Source: Hemiscyllium ocellatum
Taxonomy: Eukaryota
Direction of reading: 5' to 3'
NCBI RefSeq assembly: GCF_020745735.1
Contig: NW_026867476.1
Location: 248,001-312,000 of the forward strand
DNA: 64,000 nt
Below are positions 50,638 to 63,551 of the stretch, one piece after another. Made by a program: the position numbers and the translations under genes. Positions within the stretch are counted from its first letter, which is position 1. The number at the start of each line of letters is the position of its first letter. The notes under the pieces are model-generated. The model searched no databases. It saw nothing but the letters and a program-made list of their open reading frames with translations, and was not told the origin of the DNA.

Positions 50638-51129
50638 CTGCTATCATTCGGACGAAGTGAATGGATTGGGGCTGAGTGAATAGACGTGTGGATTTACTAA
50701 ACTTTCAGCAGCTTGTCACGATTTAAAATTAGTCCAAAGACAGAAAATCAAGTGTGACAGATTGGAAAGATTTCATCTATACCTTTAAGATCGAATTCTT
50801 TGTCAACATTGTGTAACAATCTGATCAGAAAATCTGACAAACATATTTTATATTGTAGTCCAACCATTAAAGTGATAAACATAAAAGACAAATGCAGCAT
50901 AACGTTGAAACAATGTCTGGGCATGGAGAGAAAATGGATCTGAACTTTGTATTGCGATAAAGCCTCAACCTTCTCTCTTCAGAATTCGGAAATCCCTGCT
51001 TGTGTTTATTGTGAGCTTCTTGCTACTTTTCTGACCAGTTTTTCTTACGTTCAGTCTGGTTTGTTGTTTGGTACCAGTGGAGTCAACTTTGTTCTTCGTC
51101 TTCTTGCATCCATTAATCACTGTATCACT

Positions 51130-51452
51130 GTTCATAGAATCATAGCCGTCTTGCAGTGAGGGGAGCAAGCCATTCTGCCCTTCTAGTCAGCAGTGACCCT
51201 CTGAAGAGCGTCTCAACTCGACGGATTCCCGATCCTGTCCTTGTCAACATGTATTCCCTGTAGCTAATCTACCAAACCTTCATTTCCCTGCACACATTGA
51301 GCAATTTAGCACGGCCAATCCACCAAACATCCATCTTAGGACTGTGGCAGAAAACCAGAGCACCTGGAGGAAACCCACGCAGACAGGGGGAGAATGTACA
51401 AACTCAACACAGACAGACGCCTGAGTGCGGACCTGAAGCCAGTCCAGACACT
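51130..51452 (-). mobile_element. HE1-like SINE
   Basis: AGCACCTGGAGGAAACCCACGCAGACAGGGGGAGAATGTACAAACTC is the reverse complement of the V-SINE core. Confidence 0.8.
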
Positions 51453-52007
51453 GTGAAACTAATTTGTGAGCAGCTCTTCCAGCCCGTTCATCAACTTCTA
51501 GCTAATTCTTGAAAATAACTGCCTTAAATCTCTTTTCTAATGGATCTTTAATTGTAATTGTGAAAATGTTTTTAAAATTGAGTGATATTTAATTGGGTAA
51601 TTCCAATTATTTGGAATAAGCTCAGTTCGCAGTACACTGCCTCGAGAATAAACTGGCACTTCTATCCGCAAACTATCCATTCCCTGATTCCAGTTCGTTC
51701 TAAGCAGTGGCACGCGAACGGACCACTTTCAATTTTCCTTCATATCTCTCTGCGGTCATTGAGACTAAACTTATTGACGAAAGAAAACGTGTTCAATTAA
51801 CAGGGAAAATGGTAATGCATTTTAGAACATAAACTTGCACAATGAAACTGGATTTTCTCTTCCAAAACCCACGATATGAAGGCAAAGGAATGTTAATGAA
51901 AAGCTGTCTTATTCAGCATAAGTGCATTTTTCTCATTTTCCTTTCTACTTTTGCTAACACAAATGTACAGGAGCTTTGCTCAGTAAGTTCAGAGACTCCG
52001 TGTCTTC

Positions 52008-52262
52008 ATGTCTACGTGTATGCATCTGCGCGTGTGCATGAATGCCTGCAATTGTAGTTTATGTGAGACTGAGTCTCTATGTGTGTGTCTGTCTATGTGT
52101 GTATCCACGCATGTCTGTCTGCATGTGCATCGATATGTCTGTGTTTGTGCATGCATGCTTGAATTTGTAGCCTCTGTGAGTGTGTATGTTTTTATGTGTA
52201 TTTGTGTGCATATCTCTACATGCATGCCCCCATGTCTGTTTGTCTGTGTGGTTACATATGTA
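52008..52262. repeat. GT-rich low-complexity repeat
   Basis: Degenerate GTGT/GCAT/GTCT repeats; explains the long low-complexity ORFs on both strands. Confidence 0.85.
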
Positions 52263-53502
52263 CAATGTTTGGGTGTTGCATTATTTGATTCTTCACAGTC
52301 CAAGTCTCTCAGAAGGTATCCTCTCTTCCCTCGCTTTCCAAACAGATGTGCCTGGGGAATCAGTACAGACTAACTGCAGTTAATGAACATCCAGATTGTA
52401 TATGGTGCATTCGTCCAAACTGCGATCACATCAGGAATCGTGCAGGTACTAGGATAAATAGAAACTAGAAAAGACAAACGTCTGGAATTTAATCTGTCGA
52501 CTTTATGAAAAGGTTGATACCCCGTTGTCTCCGTGCCATGAAAGTAAATGTGGCAGTATGCTTCTATCTGCAGCACCACACCTGACTTCACATTTCCTGT
52601 TTCCATTTCCGGGACAGATGCTGCAATCTTTCCAAAGACATATGGGCAATTGATGTATTAAGACAGATATCACAAGGTTGATCACAGATATGTCTTATGA
52701 GAAGATACTGATTTCTTTGGACTTTGCAGGTATGAGATGCGATTTGATTGAAAAATAGTAAATTCTTCGTGTGCTTGATCGGGTAGAAGCATAAAAAGTT
52801 TGGAGAGGGGGAGTCGAGGATCACAGGCACAACCTCAGATTAAATGGACAGCCAGCTTGATCAGAGACAACGAGAAACGTATTCTCTCAGGCAGAATTAA
52901 GTACTGCAAATGGAAGTAGAGGCCGTGTCGTTCACAGTTTAAAAGGCTTAGGCAGACAAAGTTGTAATGACTAAGTAATTAAGGGTTATGCAGAAAAGAT
53001 ACAATAGTGGAGTTGAGGATTTTCAGATAAACGATAATCTCACTGGAATGGAAGGGCAGAATACATGGGCCTAAGGCTTACTTCTATTCCATATCCAATT
53101 GTTCTATTGATTTTCACAGCCAATGCTTGCAAATTTTTCTGCCATTCTGAGCTGTTCAATAAACAACTATAAATGGTGGACTGCTGCACAAACATTCGTT
53201 TTGTTCTTACTGCAGTTTAACTGGTGCATGTGATCCCTTGGCTGAGAAATCAAGCCTGTCTGTATTTCCACTCCAACATTTCCTTACATAAATTGCAGTT
53301 GGCTCCTCATTTTTAGTTGTTCACGATGATGACTACATTTGCATATTTTGTTGTATTGAAAAAATAGAAATGCATATTAATGCAGAAATAAACAATTACT
53401 TTATCTGAATTAGGAGAACATGATATCGTCACGAGCGTGGGATTTACGGCTAACTAACCTCCTGTCAACACCTCAATCTGTACATGCGCTGACATGTCTG
53501 GC

Positions 53503-53967
53503 AGTTTGTGTACAAGTTCTCTATGATCCTGTAGTTATGTGGCTCGTAGTGTGCAGTCGTACATGACACGTCTGTCAGCAGTGCTGCCTTACTGGTTAGA
53601 AGCACAGTTCGATTAGATTCATTGAACTTCAGTGAAAAACGTTTTGTTCTTGAAATTCTTCTGTATTCCCACTTTATGTGCTCCTCTGTCCCAAAACATC
53701 TACTTGAATATTGAAGATACCAGAACAGGTAACGTACATCATTGATTGCATTAGAGCAATTACAGAACAATTGATTATCAACTCCTACATTAACTGAGGT
53801 CTCCCCGGGCGCCTGAGAAACAGGGTCTCCACGCCAATGGTCTAGAAAATCAAAGAAGGTTATTAAGTTAAACATTGACGTATCACTATAACTTTATCAC
53901 CCATAATCAGTCAGAGAACTGCGATACTTAGTTTGAGAATTATGCAGAAATGTATTAAAGACAACAT
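53503..53967 (-). pseudogene. Inverted TCR alpha/delta V pseudogene: leader 53967-53928, V exon 53841-53542, 23-RSS 53541-53503
   Basis: Leader MLSLIHFCIILKL + A|gt; 86-nt intron; GDPVSQAPGETSVNVGVDNQLFCNCSNAINDVRYLFWYLQY...RFSLKFNESNRTVLL; frameshifts; RSS CACATAA-23-ACACAAACT. Confidence 0.88.
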
Positions 53968-55163
53968 GCTCTATAACAAACAATTTAATTTGCTTTAGTG
54001 TACTTTCATTGGCTTCTATGATGATCAGTGCTCCACTGAGACTTGTAAATGAATGTGAATATGTTAATTTTTCCAGTGCCTATCAAACCAAATTTGAATT
54101 CAATCTGCTGGGCTCCGTCCATGAGCCATTCGCCTCAGACATTCAGCTAATGTATGCTATTTGGTTTGAGGACAAGTTCAGGAGGGATCAAACTGTTTTC
54201 TTCATTTCACTTCAACTTATGGACATTTCTGTGCTCTGATTCCATGTCATAAATGAAGCATCAGTGAGCTGAACTGCCAAATATTTTTCACCGCACCAGT
54301 TAAGATAGCTATAGCGGTAATGATAAAGTTAAAAATAAGTCCAAACACTTTTGCCGGGAAATAATGTTGTATTTGAACAGAAAATGATTCCACCTGAAAT
54401 GGTTATTCGTCGAGAAATGAAATATGTACTGATATCAGTCACTGTTAATTGGCTTCTTGTTGATGGGGACACAGGATAACATCCAAGCAAGTGGCAAATT
54501 AATTGTTTTGCACAAAAAGCCATCAGCTCTACATTACTTGTTCCGAAATTACTGACTTTAGCAAAAGGCGTGGTGAAACGGAGCAATATTGACACAGAAT
54601 TCTGCAGTGGGACGAATTATTCATTTCATTTCATTTTTTGAATCTGTCCTGAAACATGCAAAACAGAAAACATTGCCGGTATAGCATTCATTTCATAATG
54701 ATGTTGAAGTGATTCGCCTGAAGCAGCGAATTGGATGTGGACTCATCCCACTGTTTAGTCTTGAAACATAGTCAATCCGTTTCTTCTATCCTTCCAAAGT
54801 ATCGTCTTTGTTGCAAATGATACGCCTTCATTTATTCACGTCTTTCTCCTGAGCGTCATGTTATCTCAGTTACATTTCTCTTCGTCTGTAGATTGTTCTA
54901 TTTCGTTTATACTCTCTGTGGATGTTTGACTGTTTTCTGCCTCTGTTGCGTCTCCTGACAGGTATTCATAATCCACTACTCACTTATACGGGAACTTCAT
55001 GATCCCTTTATTGTGTCCACTTACTCCTGTAAGCTTTGATCACTTTATTTCCACATCTATGTGTCTCAGCCCCTTTTGCTCTATGGTTATCAATTGTGCT
55101 GTTGTAATATCTCCTTAAATCCGATTTATAATATTTCTCATTTTGACGTTTTGTCATGTTTTA

Positions 55164-55245
55164 CTCTCTCTCTCTCTCTCTCCTCCACCCTCCCCCTCTC
55201 TCTCTCTCTCTCTCTCTGTGTCTGCTTTTCTCTATCCCTCTCTGT
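55164..55245. repeat. (CT)n microsatellite
   Basis: Direct inspection. Confidence 0.9.
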
Positions 55246-57253
55246 CAGTCAATGTTAGTCTCCTTCAAATTGTGTTTTTCCCATTCTGACCAGTAGAATG
55301 CTACATTCCCTTTTCAGTGCATTTTACTTTTTAGGCTTCTTCCTATACCGTTTTTCCTCTAAGTTCATTCTCATTCTCTCCGTGTTTCTTTGTCCATCTC
55401 CCTTTATATCAATTTAAGGTTGGTTCTCTTTTCACGATATTCTTGGGCTCTATACCTCTTTATTTTTCTCGCTTCCTATTGCTCTTAAGTTTTCACTATC
55501 ACCCCAATTCTGTTCCATATGATGTTACACTCTTCCTTTACCTATTTCCTTGCCTCTGCCTTTCACATCTGTACTTCAGATTTTCACTCTCCCTCTCTCC
55601 GTTTCACTTGACGTTTGGCTACACTTTGATCTCTACCGTGTATCGTGTTTTGACCGTGTCTCTGTTCCTCTCTTTTGTATTTTTTTCGCTTCTTCATTCT
55701 TCACATCATTCGAGCCTCCCTTTGTTTTCCTTCCCAAATCATGATGCTTTCGCATCTGTTTGCTGTCTTCCTCTTCACATTGTGGTCTGTGGAGGTGAAG
55801 CAATCTGTCCAGCTCAGCTGTTTTACTGCTACCTTTCTGATGCCTGGAAAATTGTGTCGAGTAGTGCAACAGCAGGAAATTGTCATTTGCAGAAAACAAA
55901 TATGACAAATAGATCTTCCGCCAAGTAAGAAGCATTTCATTTTTGATCAACTCGTTATTTTCTTATAATATCTCAATTATTGAAAGTCGAATTGTTACAA
56001 GAAAATACACGGATCATGTGAAGGAAAAGCAGGACTTAGGTGTTGAAATGTATGGATTTCTGATAGTATGAATCAACATTGAACCGCTGGGTTCAGTTTT
56101 AGTTATATTTCTTCTTTGCTGCGGAAATAAAAAGACGAATTTGTCCTGAAAACTTCAGTTTCCCCGTACCTGAGGATCTAATCTTCGAGGGAAAGCTAGA
56201 GATTTATTTTCCAACACAGCACTTGAATCGAATACGGTTTATCCCCGTCCAGAACTGCCTTCAAGTCCTAGCATTGACTCTAGATGTTTATTTGATTAAC
56301 TAAATTCAAAGTCCTCGTTTCTGTGTTCACAATCCAGACCATTAAAGCAAATTATTAATCCGTCTGCGGTGGATTTCTGACCTTGTAATAATCTCCGATT
56401 TTCTGCAGTGAAGATACAAACACAAGAATTGAGATCCCTCTTTGAATAATGTGAGGGAAACCATTTTTTCGAGCAAAATCTTTATATCTGGATATTTATG
56501 TCTCATTCTTCTTGCCATTATTCCTAACATAACATGCTTTAGTCCAGATAAAAATAAACTGATTATTAATAGCGAATTCAAGCTGTAAGCTAATTCCCCC
56601 CCCCCCCCCAATTTTTGATTCATTGCTCAAAAACATTTGTCAATTTAAGTGGTTTAAAGCAAGTAAAACGACCGAAGTCGCAATAATGTTATGATCTTTA
56701 TTTACAGCATAATTAACCTATATAGATCAGAACCGGATTCACTCTCTTTCTTGATGCTGCGAATTTAGCTGCAGTTGCTTACATGTTAGTTTGACTTTGC
56801 ATTGTATTTCGTCCATTGTAACTGTTCCCATGCATGGAGTGTTTTGGAGTAGTGGTTGAAATGAGAGAATTGGGGAAATTGATATTCTACACATTGTAGT
56901 TCTAGCGACATGGTATAAGGTTATTGATGTTTGGATAGAGTATGTGAATAGATTTGCAGAGCATTCATTTGACAGAAGCAGACAGGCATTGAGCAGAAGG
57001 GAAGTCTGCTGATGCAGGGAAAGTCAGAACATAGATAAAGAGAAACAACCAAAGAAAGTCGACAAGCAAAAGTGATTGGTGTATGACCTTCATCAGATCT
57101 GAGCAATCAACCAATCTTATTTCTTCAGAAAACCCTCTGTGTTTCCCCATGAGTGAAATATGCCCCGATCTGAATTCACTGTTCTATATCGGATTTGAAT
57201 TCTCAATATATTTGTAGATTCAATTATTACGGTACAAATCTAGAAAGCGTGTC

Positions 57254-57713
57254 ATGTGTCCCATATGCTCCTTGCTAATAATTATGCCCGTACTGCTTGG
57301 TGAGTCTAAGTTTAAATGTTCATGAGTTATATTTTCTGACAGATGTTTGATAGATTGTGTTTTGTTGCAGGGACTAAGAGCGAAGATGCAACATTCCAGG
57401 ATCCGCACGAATTCGTAGTCCTGGAAGGACAGAACATAATGCTGAACTGCAGTAAGTCGACATCTTCTGTTCGAACTGTGTTTTGATACATTCAGCATCC
57501 TGGGGACACTGCGGGATATTTAGTGAAAGCATATGTTTCGGGGGAAGGGAGAAACCTCCCAATATTTTCAAGATAGGTTCTCTCCTGTTTTGTTTAAAGA
57601 AAACAACGTGTTTCATTTCAAAGTCGCTCGAGTTCTTCTGTCCGACAACGCCGTGTCGTTTTGTGCTTTGGAACCTACACTTCTGTAAATACTTCAGTTC
57701 CTATACAAAAACC
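57254..57713 (+). pseudogene. TCR alpha/delta V pseudogene: leader 57254-57299, V exon 57371-57675, RSS to 57713
   Basis: MCPICSLLIIMPVLL + G|gtgagt; 71-nt intron; TKSEDATFQDPHEFVVLEGQNIMLNCSKSTSSVRTVF*YIQHPGDTAGYLV.../DRFSPVLFKENNVFHFKVARVLLSDNAVSFCALEP; Trp to stop plus a frameshift; perfect nonamer ACAAAAACC with broken heptamer (TACACTT, 22-nt spacer). Confidence 0.93.
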
Positions 57714-59224
57714 TACCTTGAGACTTCCAACTGATGTCCACGTGAGGGAGCTCCCAGACCAATAAACTCAGTCAATAATACAATACCCAGGATGAGAATC
57801 ACAAAATCATTAATGAAATCAAAAAAAAGCACTCAACAAGATCATGCAAGAAAAATACAGGAGAAATCGCCTTAATTCTTAATTTATCTTGCAAAATTCA
57901 TTTTTAATAAATTATTGCCTGCTACATTTATGTATGTTCTGTCATGTTATCGTTTTCATATACCTCTGACATTTACTGTTCATTTACATTTGTTATTGAT
58001 TGACATTTCACAAAGTAAAACTTTAGTATTTCAGTCTCGAGCATGGACTTCCCTCAATTGTCATTTTTTTTTCGATATTTGTTCATTGTGTGCTGATGAT
58101 ATTCATAAGCCAATGTTAACATCAAAAATGACAGTACAGTTGCTTCAAGCCCAACACAGACATCATAAGCATTTCTGTTATGAGGACATTATTGACATCT
58201 GAGCTTGATCTCGCTCAAAGGGAGCTAATCCCCATCAGACAGGTCTTACAACAACACCTTGTACACAACAATGTTCGTGCAGAGCATCCTGTAGTATGTT
58301 CAGAAGATTCCTCAGGAGGTGGATTAGCATAAATTCCTTTAATTCCATACCTCTTACAGTGAAACAGCATTACTGGAGTCTTCAAGCACTTCTGATATAT
58401 AGCAGGAGGGGGAGGTGAGAGCGAAAACAATTTCTGATAGGTGATTCACGTAAAACATTGAAGCATCTTATCTCTTTCATCAGGCCCAATTAGATTAAAA
58501 TGTGAAGGAAATCTCTCCCGAAGTGTGAACTGGAATGACTCATGTTGTCTACATTTCAGTGGAATATTGTGATTTGATAGTCATCCGAAAGACAATGAAT
58601 ACCACAAGAAATAACACAGTGAGCCCCTGATGTAGAACAGATGAGCAATCTATTAGCATTTTTCTGGAGATGTGTTGCCTCTGAAAGTCTTACATGAAGC
58701 ATATTAATGTGTTAGTTATATCTGGACCTGATATTACCAACCATTCTTATGTTCCTTCAATTGTGGAAAAGATTGCGGAAAAATAAACTAATGAGGATGA
58801 AGATGTAACAGGGAGCACACATCTCATATATGGTGACAGACAATTGCCCAGTTAGAGCTGTTTCTGTTCATTAACAGATTATTAATTACTGCTCTGAGAA
58901 CAGGATGACAAATACCCAAAAGAACTAGATAAGAGCATCCTAAGAAACAAAATCAGATCATTCATTGCGAAGATGAAAAGCGATGTCTTCATATCCTAGC
59001 CAGCCCTTTTACATCACTTGCAGTGAAGATTTTATTACTCAACATTTCCTTTGACTATAGTGTATTCCTGGCAGTTCAGAGTTAACAAAGCAGAACAAAG
59101 CCCGTCACTATTTTTTCATTTTCGTACAAACATGTTGTTTTTCTTAAAATGGGAGCCTTGGCTTTTCTGTCACCCAGCTGTTCTATTCAATCCAAAAACA
59201 TGAATTGTTGGAAAAGCTATTAAG

Positions 59225-59690
59225 TGTGGCAGCTTCGGTGAAGAGAAATCAGAATCAACCCTTCCGTTCTGGGGACCCTTGCTCGGAATTGATGCTAGCT
59301 GGTAAAATGTCGGTTTTTATGCAGAAGCCACAGTGGGGGGAGTGGTTAACGTCTAAATAGTAGATGAGCATAGAACCAACCGAGAGGGCGATCTGTTGGA
59401 AAGACAAAAGAATGGCTAACCATCTGGATAGGATAATTAATACCTGTTAATGAAGAAAGTTACTGACAAACAATAGGGAGTGTGCAATCGTAGACTAAAT
59501 AATAATAATGCCTGGTGTATGCGGTAAGGGGCTCGGACTTAGGAAATTTCAATTGAACTCGATATTGAGTCAAGGGAGCTACCAATTCCCCTATGAGAAA
59601 ACGGGGTGCTGTTCTCAACACTTACACTGAGTTTCACTGGAGCATTGCAGCAGCCCTGAGACGAAAATGTTGGCAAAGAACAGGGTGGTG
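59225..59690 (-). mobile_element. Penelope-like element 3' remnant
   Basis: Resembles GIY-YIG and tail repeat sequence recalled from shark Penelope fragments; degenerate. Confidence 0.45.
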
Positions 59691-60098
59691 TACTTGCTAT
59701 ACATGAATGTAAAAAGGTTAAGTTGTAGTGTATTGCACCAATTTGCAAAAAGCAGCAAGATTATATTCTACCTGATATTTTGAACAAGTGGAGAACAGTG
59801 GTTCATTAGATTATTGACATGTGATTGGATTGGATTGCATTGCCTGCATACTAATCAGATAAACTATTCAAAATTAATTTCTATTTCAATGCTGGAAACT
59901 GCAATTCAATGTTTTTGGTGTAAGATGGAATAATCTGTTACCATTGTGTTCGACATTTCCATGTACAGATTTCATGATTATTACGAAGAATGTTATTGCA
60001 GATCTGTCTTTATTTTAAACAATAGAATGACATATAGTGATTAATCAAGACAGTTCAATAATATGCTTAAATTTACCACAACCACCTTGTTTGGGGAT

Positions 60099-60950
60099 GG
60101 CGATACTATTACGGTTATCATATCATCAGGCAGATTTTGTGGACTCTCTTGGTGCACCACTATTTATTTTGTGGGGATAGCAGTCAGTGATTTAACGTGA
60201 TTGGGTGCATCCTGAATTGGATCTGTGGTATTGACTTTTGGTACAGTGCTCGGTCCACGACCTCCTCCTATGTACACAACACGGTGATCATCTATGCCAG
60301 ACGAAATTGCCCTGCCTGGCTTACTGTGCTATTCACCATCGACCATTTCGTGGTGATGTGCTGCCAGAATGAGAAGACAAGATATTGCACCATTAAATCT
60401 GTCTCGCTGTTCATCGGAGTGGTTTGTTTCCTGACCTGCATCCTTAGCCTCCCTTCCTATTTTGAAGACTGACTCTTGTACAAAGTAGACAGAATTACCT
60501 CATTCTGAGACTTCATAGACACATGGAAAAAAATAACCTCCATGGAGGATCTATGAATGGCTGAATCACGTCTTGACGCGTATTCTCTCGATCCTCCTCA
60601 TTCCATTGCTCAATCCCTTGACAGTCAGATACATCTTGGTGGCCACTTATACCCGAATGAGACACTATGTTGAGGGAAACCATGGAGACCCAGAGATGGC
60701 CACCCACATCAGATCCATTTTACTGTCCTTCACCATTTCGCTTAGCTTCATCTTCTTTGGAACATCAATGCCATGCTCTCCCTCTATTTTTGGTTAGGGC
60801 GAGTCCTACTTTAGAGACTTGGATTTCACATACCCAAAATTTCTGCTTCAACAATCGAACAACAAGCTGCAGAGACTCATATCCAGCAACAAAATCTTCA
60901 TTTGAGCAATATCCCAGTAGTTTCGAGGCAAATTCAAGAACGTGCTGGTG
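60099..60950 (+). pseudogene. Class A GPCR pseudogene 3, GPR139-like
   Basis: ITVIISSGRFCGLSWCTTIYFVGIAVSDLT*; AWLTVLFTIDHFVVMCCQNEKTRYCT; LLNPLTVRYILVA...GDPEMATHIRSILLSFTISLSFI; AISQ*FRGKFKN. Confidence 0.88.
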
Positions 60951-61659
60951 TCTTCCATCACATGTCTGGCCAGTTACAAATAATCTTGTTATGTTGTATT
61001 CCTTCAATCAGAGAGGCTCCGTATGTCGCACGCTTCCCATCCCCCACCCACCTCCCCCCGATGGACCCACATCTCTCCCTCTGTCTCTCCCTGCCTGTCT
61101 CTCTCTATCTCGATAGCTCTCTTAAAGTTGACTAACGTTTGTGTGTTCTTGCTTCTCTAATAGAGATACGAACAATACATTCCACAGCCTTGATACCCGT
61201 GTTCGCAAAAACGAGCGGATTATGAAAAAAACACAAATTGTATGCCGAAGATAGAAATGTTAAAACAAGGCCCGTGCAGGTGATCATTAATGCAGATTTC
61301 CAATGATCCGGCTCATTTCAATTGATATTCACCACTTCCTGTCCTTTCTTCTCAGTCACCATTCTTCGGTGACACACTACCTGATTCGCTCTCATTTAAG
61401 TCTCAGGGTTGTTGAATTGATATAATTGAATCTCTCACGTTGTTTCTCACTTTGTTCTGGTCCTCATGAACACGCCTCAACAATGATCTCGCTAGTTTTT
61501 GTGATTTCGCTGGATCGTAGAATCGTGCCATTAGTGGTTAAGTCCCGATTTAGTTTAAGTGTTTCACAGTCTCAGCAGTTCCAGCCCATTTCGCACGAAC
61601 CACCATACCCCAAACACGCCTGAAGTCGTGCTTTACCTTTTCCCTTCCACAAAAAGGTC

Positions 61660-62470
61660 ATGATAATTTTCGTGATTTTTTAGTTTCTGTTTCGTTTAAT
61701 ATTGTACAAGGTAATCAGAAACGAGGTTTTACTTCCACTTTACATCATTAAGTCACATTTGCCAGTTCCTGGTTGTCAGTTATCTCGTCTTCAGCTATGA
61801 ATATCCATAAGGACTAAATGCGCCACCTTGTGGTGGATTTGCATCAATTAGGTGCATCGCCTTTCCATCACTGAAATGTACTATACCTGTGATTCATTCT
61901 TCAGTGAAAGCTATGTTATCATGAGGATAGTTCGCCCTCCTCCATGGTAAATATTGTGGCCCCTGAATCATAAGTTGGTTGTTTTAAAAAATGCTAAATA
62001 AGTAAAAAATATGCATAATGGTTTTGGAAGAAGGTCATGTCATTTTGAGAATTCAATATCTCTGATAAATTTGTTGCTTATTGTTCGTACTGAAATTGAG
62101 CTTCTAGTCACAGAAACTCCAAAATCCAAAGTGTATGAAAATGGAATGCAAAGGTTGACTTGAACTTGTATCTTTAATTTGTCATGCACAGCTACTGAAA
62201 TGCAAATGACAACATTGTTTTCTCCCCAGGATTGCGACTGTTGAATTTCGCCAGCAAGATGTGCTTTAGTTCAGATCTCCAGTTCCTTGTTTTATTGTTT
62301 TGGTGCAATCAGTGATAGGAAACGTTTGTTCTGATAATATCATTGAAAGATTTTGCAATTGGAATATTGCTTTGGAAAGCTTTCGACAGTTCGACGAGCT
62401 GCACGACGTTAACGATTTCTGAGTGTTATTTGAAGCACAGGACACTTTATTTTTCCTGCACGTGAGACAT
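61660..62470 (+). pseudogene. Possible decayed V: leader-like exon 61660-61710 and V remnant 62230-62470
   Basis: Leader reads MIIFVI/LVSVSFNIVQ + G|gtaat if a T-run is shortened by 2; remnant LFWCNQ**ETFVLII...AFDSSTSCTTLTISECYLKHRTLYFSCT*D; no RSS. Confidence 0.35.
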
Positions 62471-62589
62471 GCAATTGAGTATGGTTTCACCATCGAAGAG
62501 GGATCCCAGCCATTTTGTTAGTTTTCCAGCTGACATCAGTCACAACAATGGTCAGATATGGAGACCCGCAGAAAACAGGTGCATTTAAC

Positions 62590-62930
62590 CAATCATAGAC
62601 GCCCTACAGCGAGAGACAGACCATGTAGCTCTTCTCGGCCATAACAATCCTCCGAAGAGCATTTCTACCAGACCCACTCCATCTGTCTTTAATCCTGTAT
62701 TTTCAGTGGCTCGTGCTATTCACCAAGACTGCACAACCCCGGGCTCTAAGGGCAATATGGCATGGCTAATACACCCAACAGGCATAATTTGGTCTGTGGA
62801 AGAAGACAAGTGCATTTGAAGGAAACCTAGAGAGACACGGAGAAATTAATCAAACTTCACAGTCGGTCGTCAGAGGATAGAGTCGAGCCAAGGCCTTGAT
62901 TCTTTTAATGACCGAGCCAGCATGCCGCCC
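62590..62930 (-). mobile_element. HE1-like SINE, degenerate
   Basis: Reverse-strand core similar to 51130-51452. Confidence 0.6.
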
Positions 62931-63464
62931 AACAGCAACATTTTTATGTGAACAGTTACGTTGGTGGTAATGTCTATCTTTAATCAGAGCGTTTTATTCT
63001 GAGACTCCTATATTATCAGAACTGAGCTGGACATGTTTGTCTCTGTGTCGATCGCTGGAATTCATTACAGCCAAATCACATAATCCCTAGAATGAGGAAA
63101 CAGGCCCTTTGACCCAGCAACTACACTTGATCCTCCAAAGAAGGACCCATCCATACCATTCAACTACTGTACAGTATTTACGGGAACGGGTTGTCAATAG
63201 CAATGGCAGTTACTTAAGAAAATGATTCATGGCTGACAGCAAACGTACCACAGTGAAGAAGAATGATACTAGTAAGGAGTTGAGCCAACCATGCTTTACT
63301 CAAAAACATAAAGAGAGGTTAAGAGGCAAGAGAGAGGATTGGGGATTCTTTTTTAATTACAATGGAAGATGGAGTTCTACTCCAAGAATCAAACAAAATC
63401 TCATCTGCTTGATTCAGTATGCACTTAATCAGTTGAATATGGAGGGTGGGAGGGGGACGGAGAA

Positions 63465-63520
63465 AGATACAGACAGGCAGACATAGAGAGAGGGAGAGAG
63501 GGACAGACAGACAGACAAAC

Positions 63521-63546
<26 letters not shown>
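63465..63546. repeat. (GA)n/(GACA)n microsatellite
   Basis: Direct inspection. Confidence 0.9.

Positions 63547-63551
<5 letters not shown>

Noticed and set aside
52008-52373. Cys/His-rich ORFs on both strands
   Set aside because: Artefacts of the GT-rich low-complexity repeat.
55740-55905. MMLSHLFAVFLFTLWSVEVKQSVQLSC, resembling leader plus V start
   Set aside because: The Cys is far too close to the leader, and there is no WYRQ, second Cys or RSS.
58215-58430. PPPAIYQ ORF, resembling the start of a TCR constant domain
   Set aside because: Lacks C1-set Cys/Trp spacing and splice sites; no constant exon is supported anywhere in the window.
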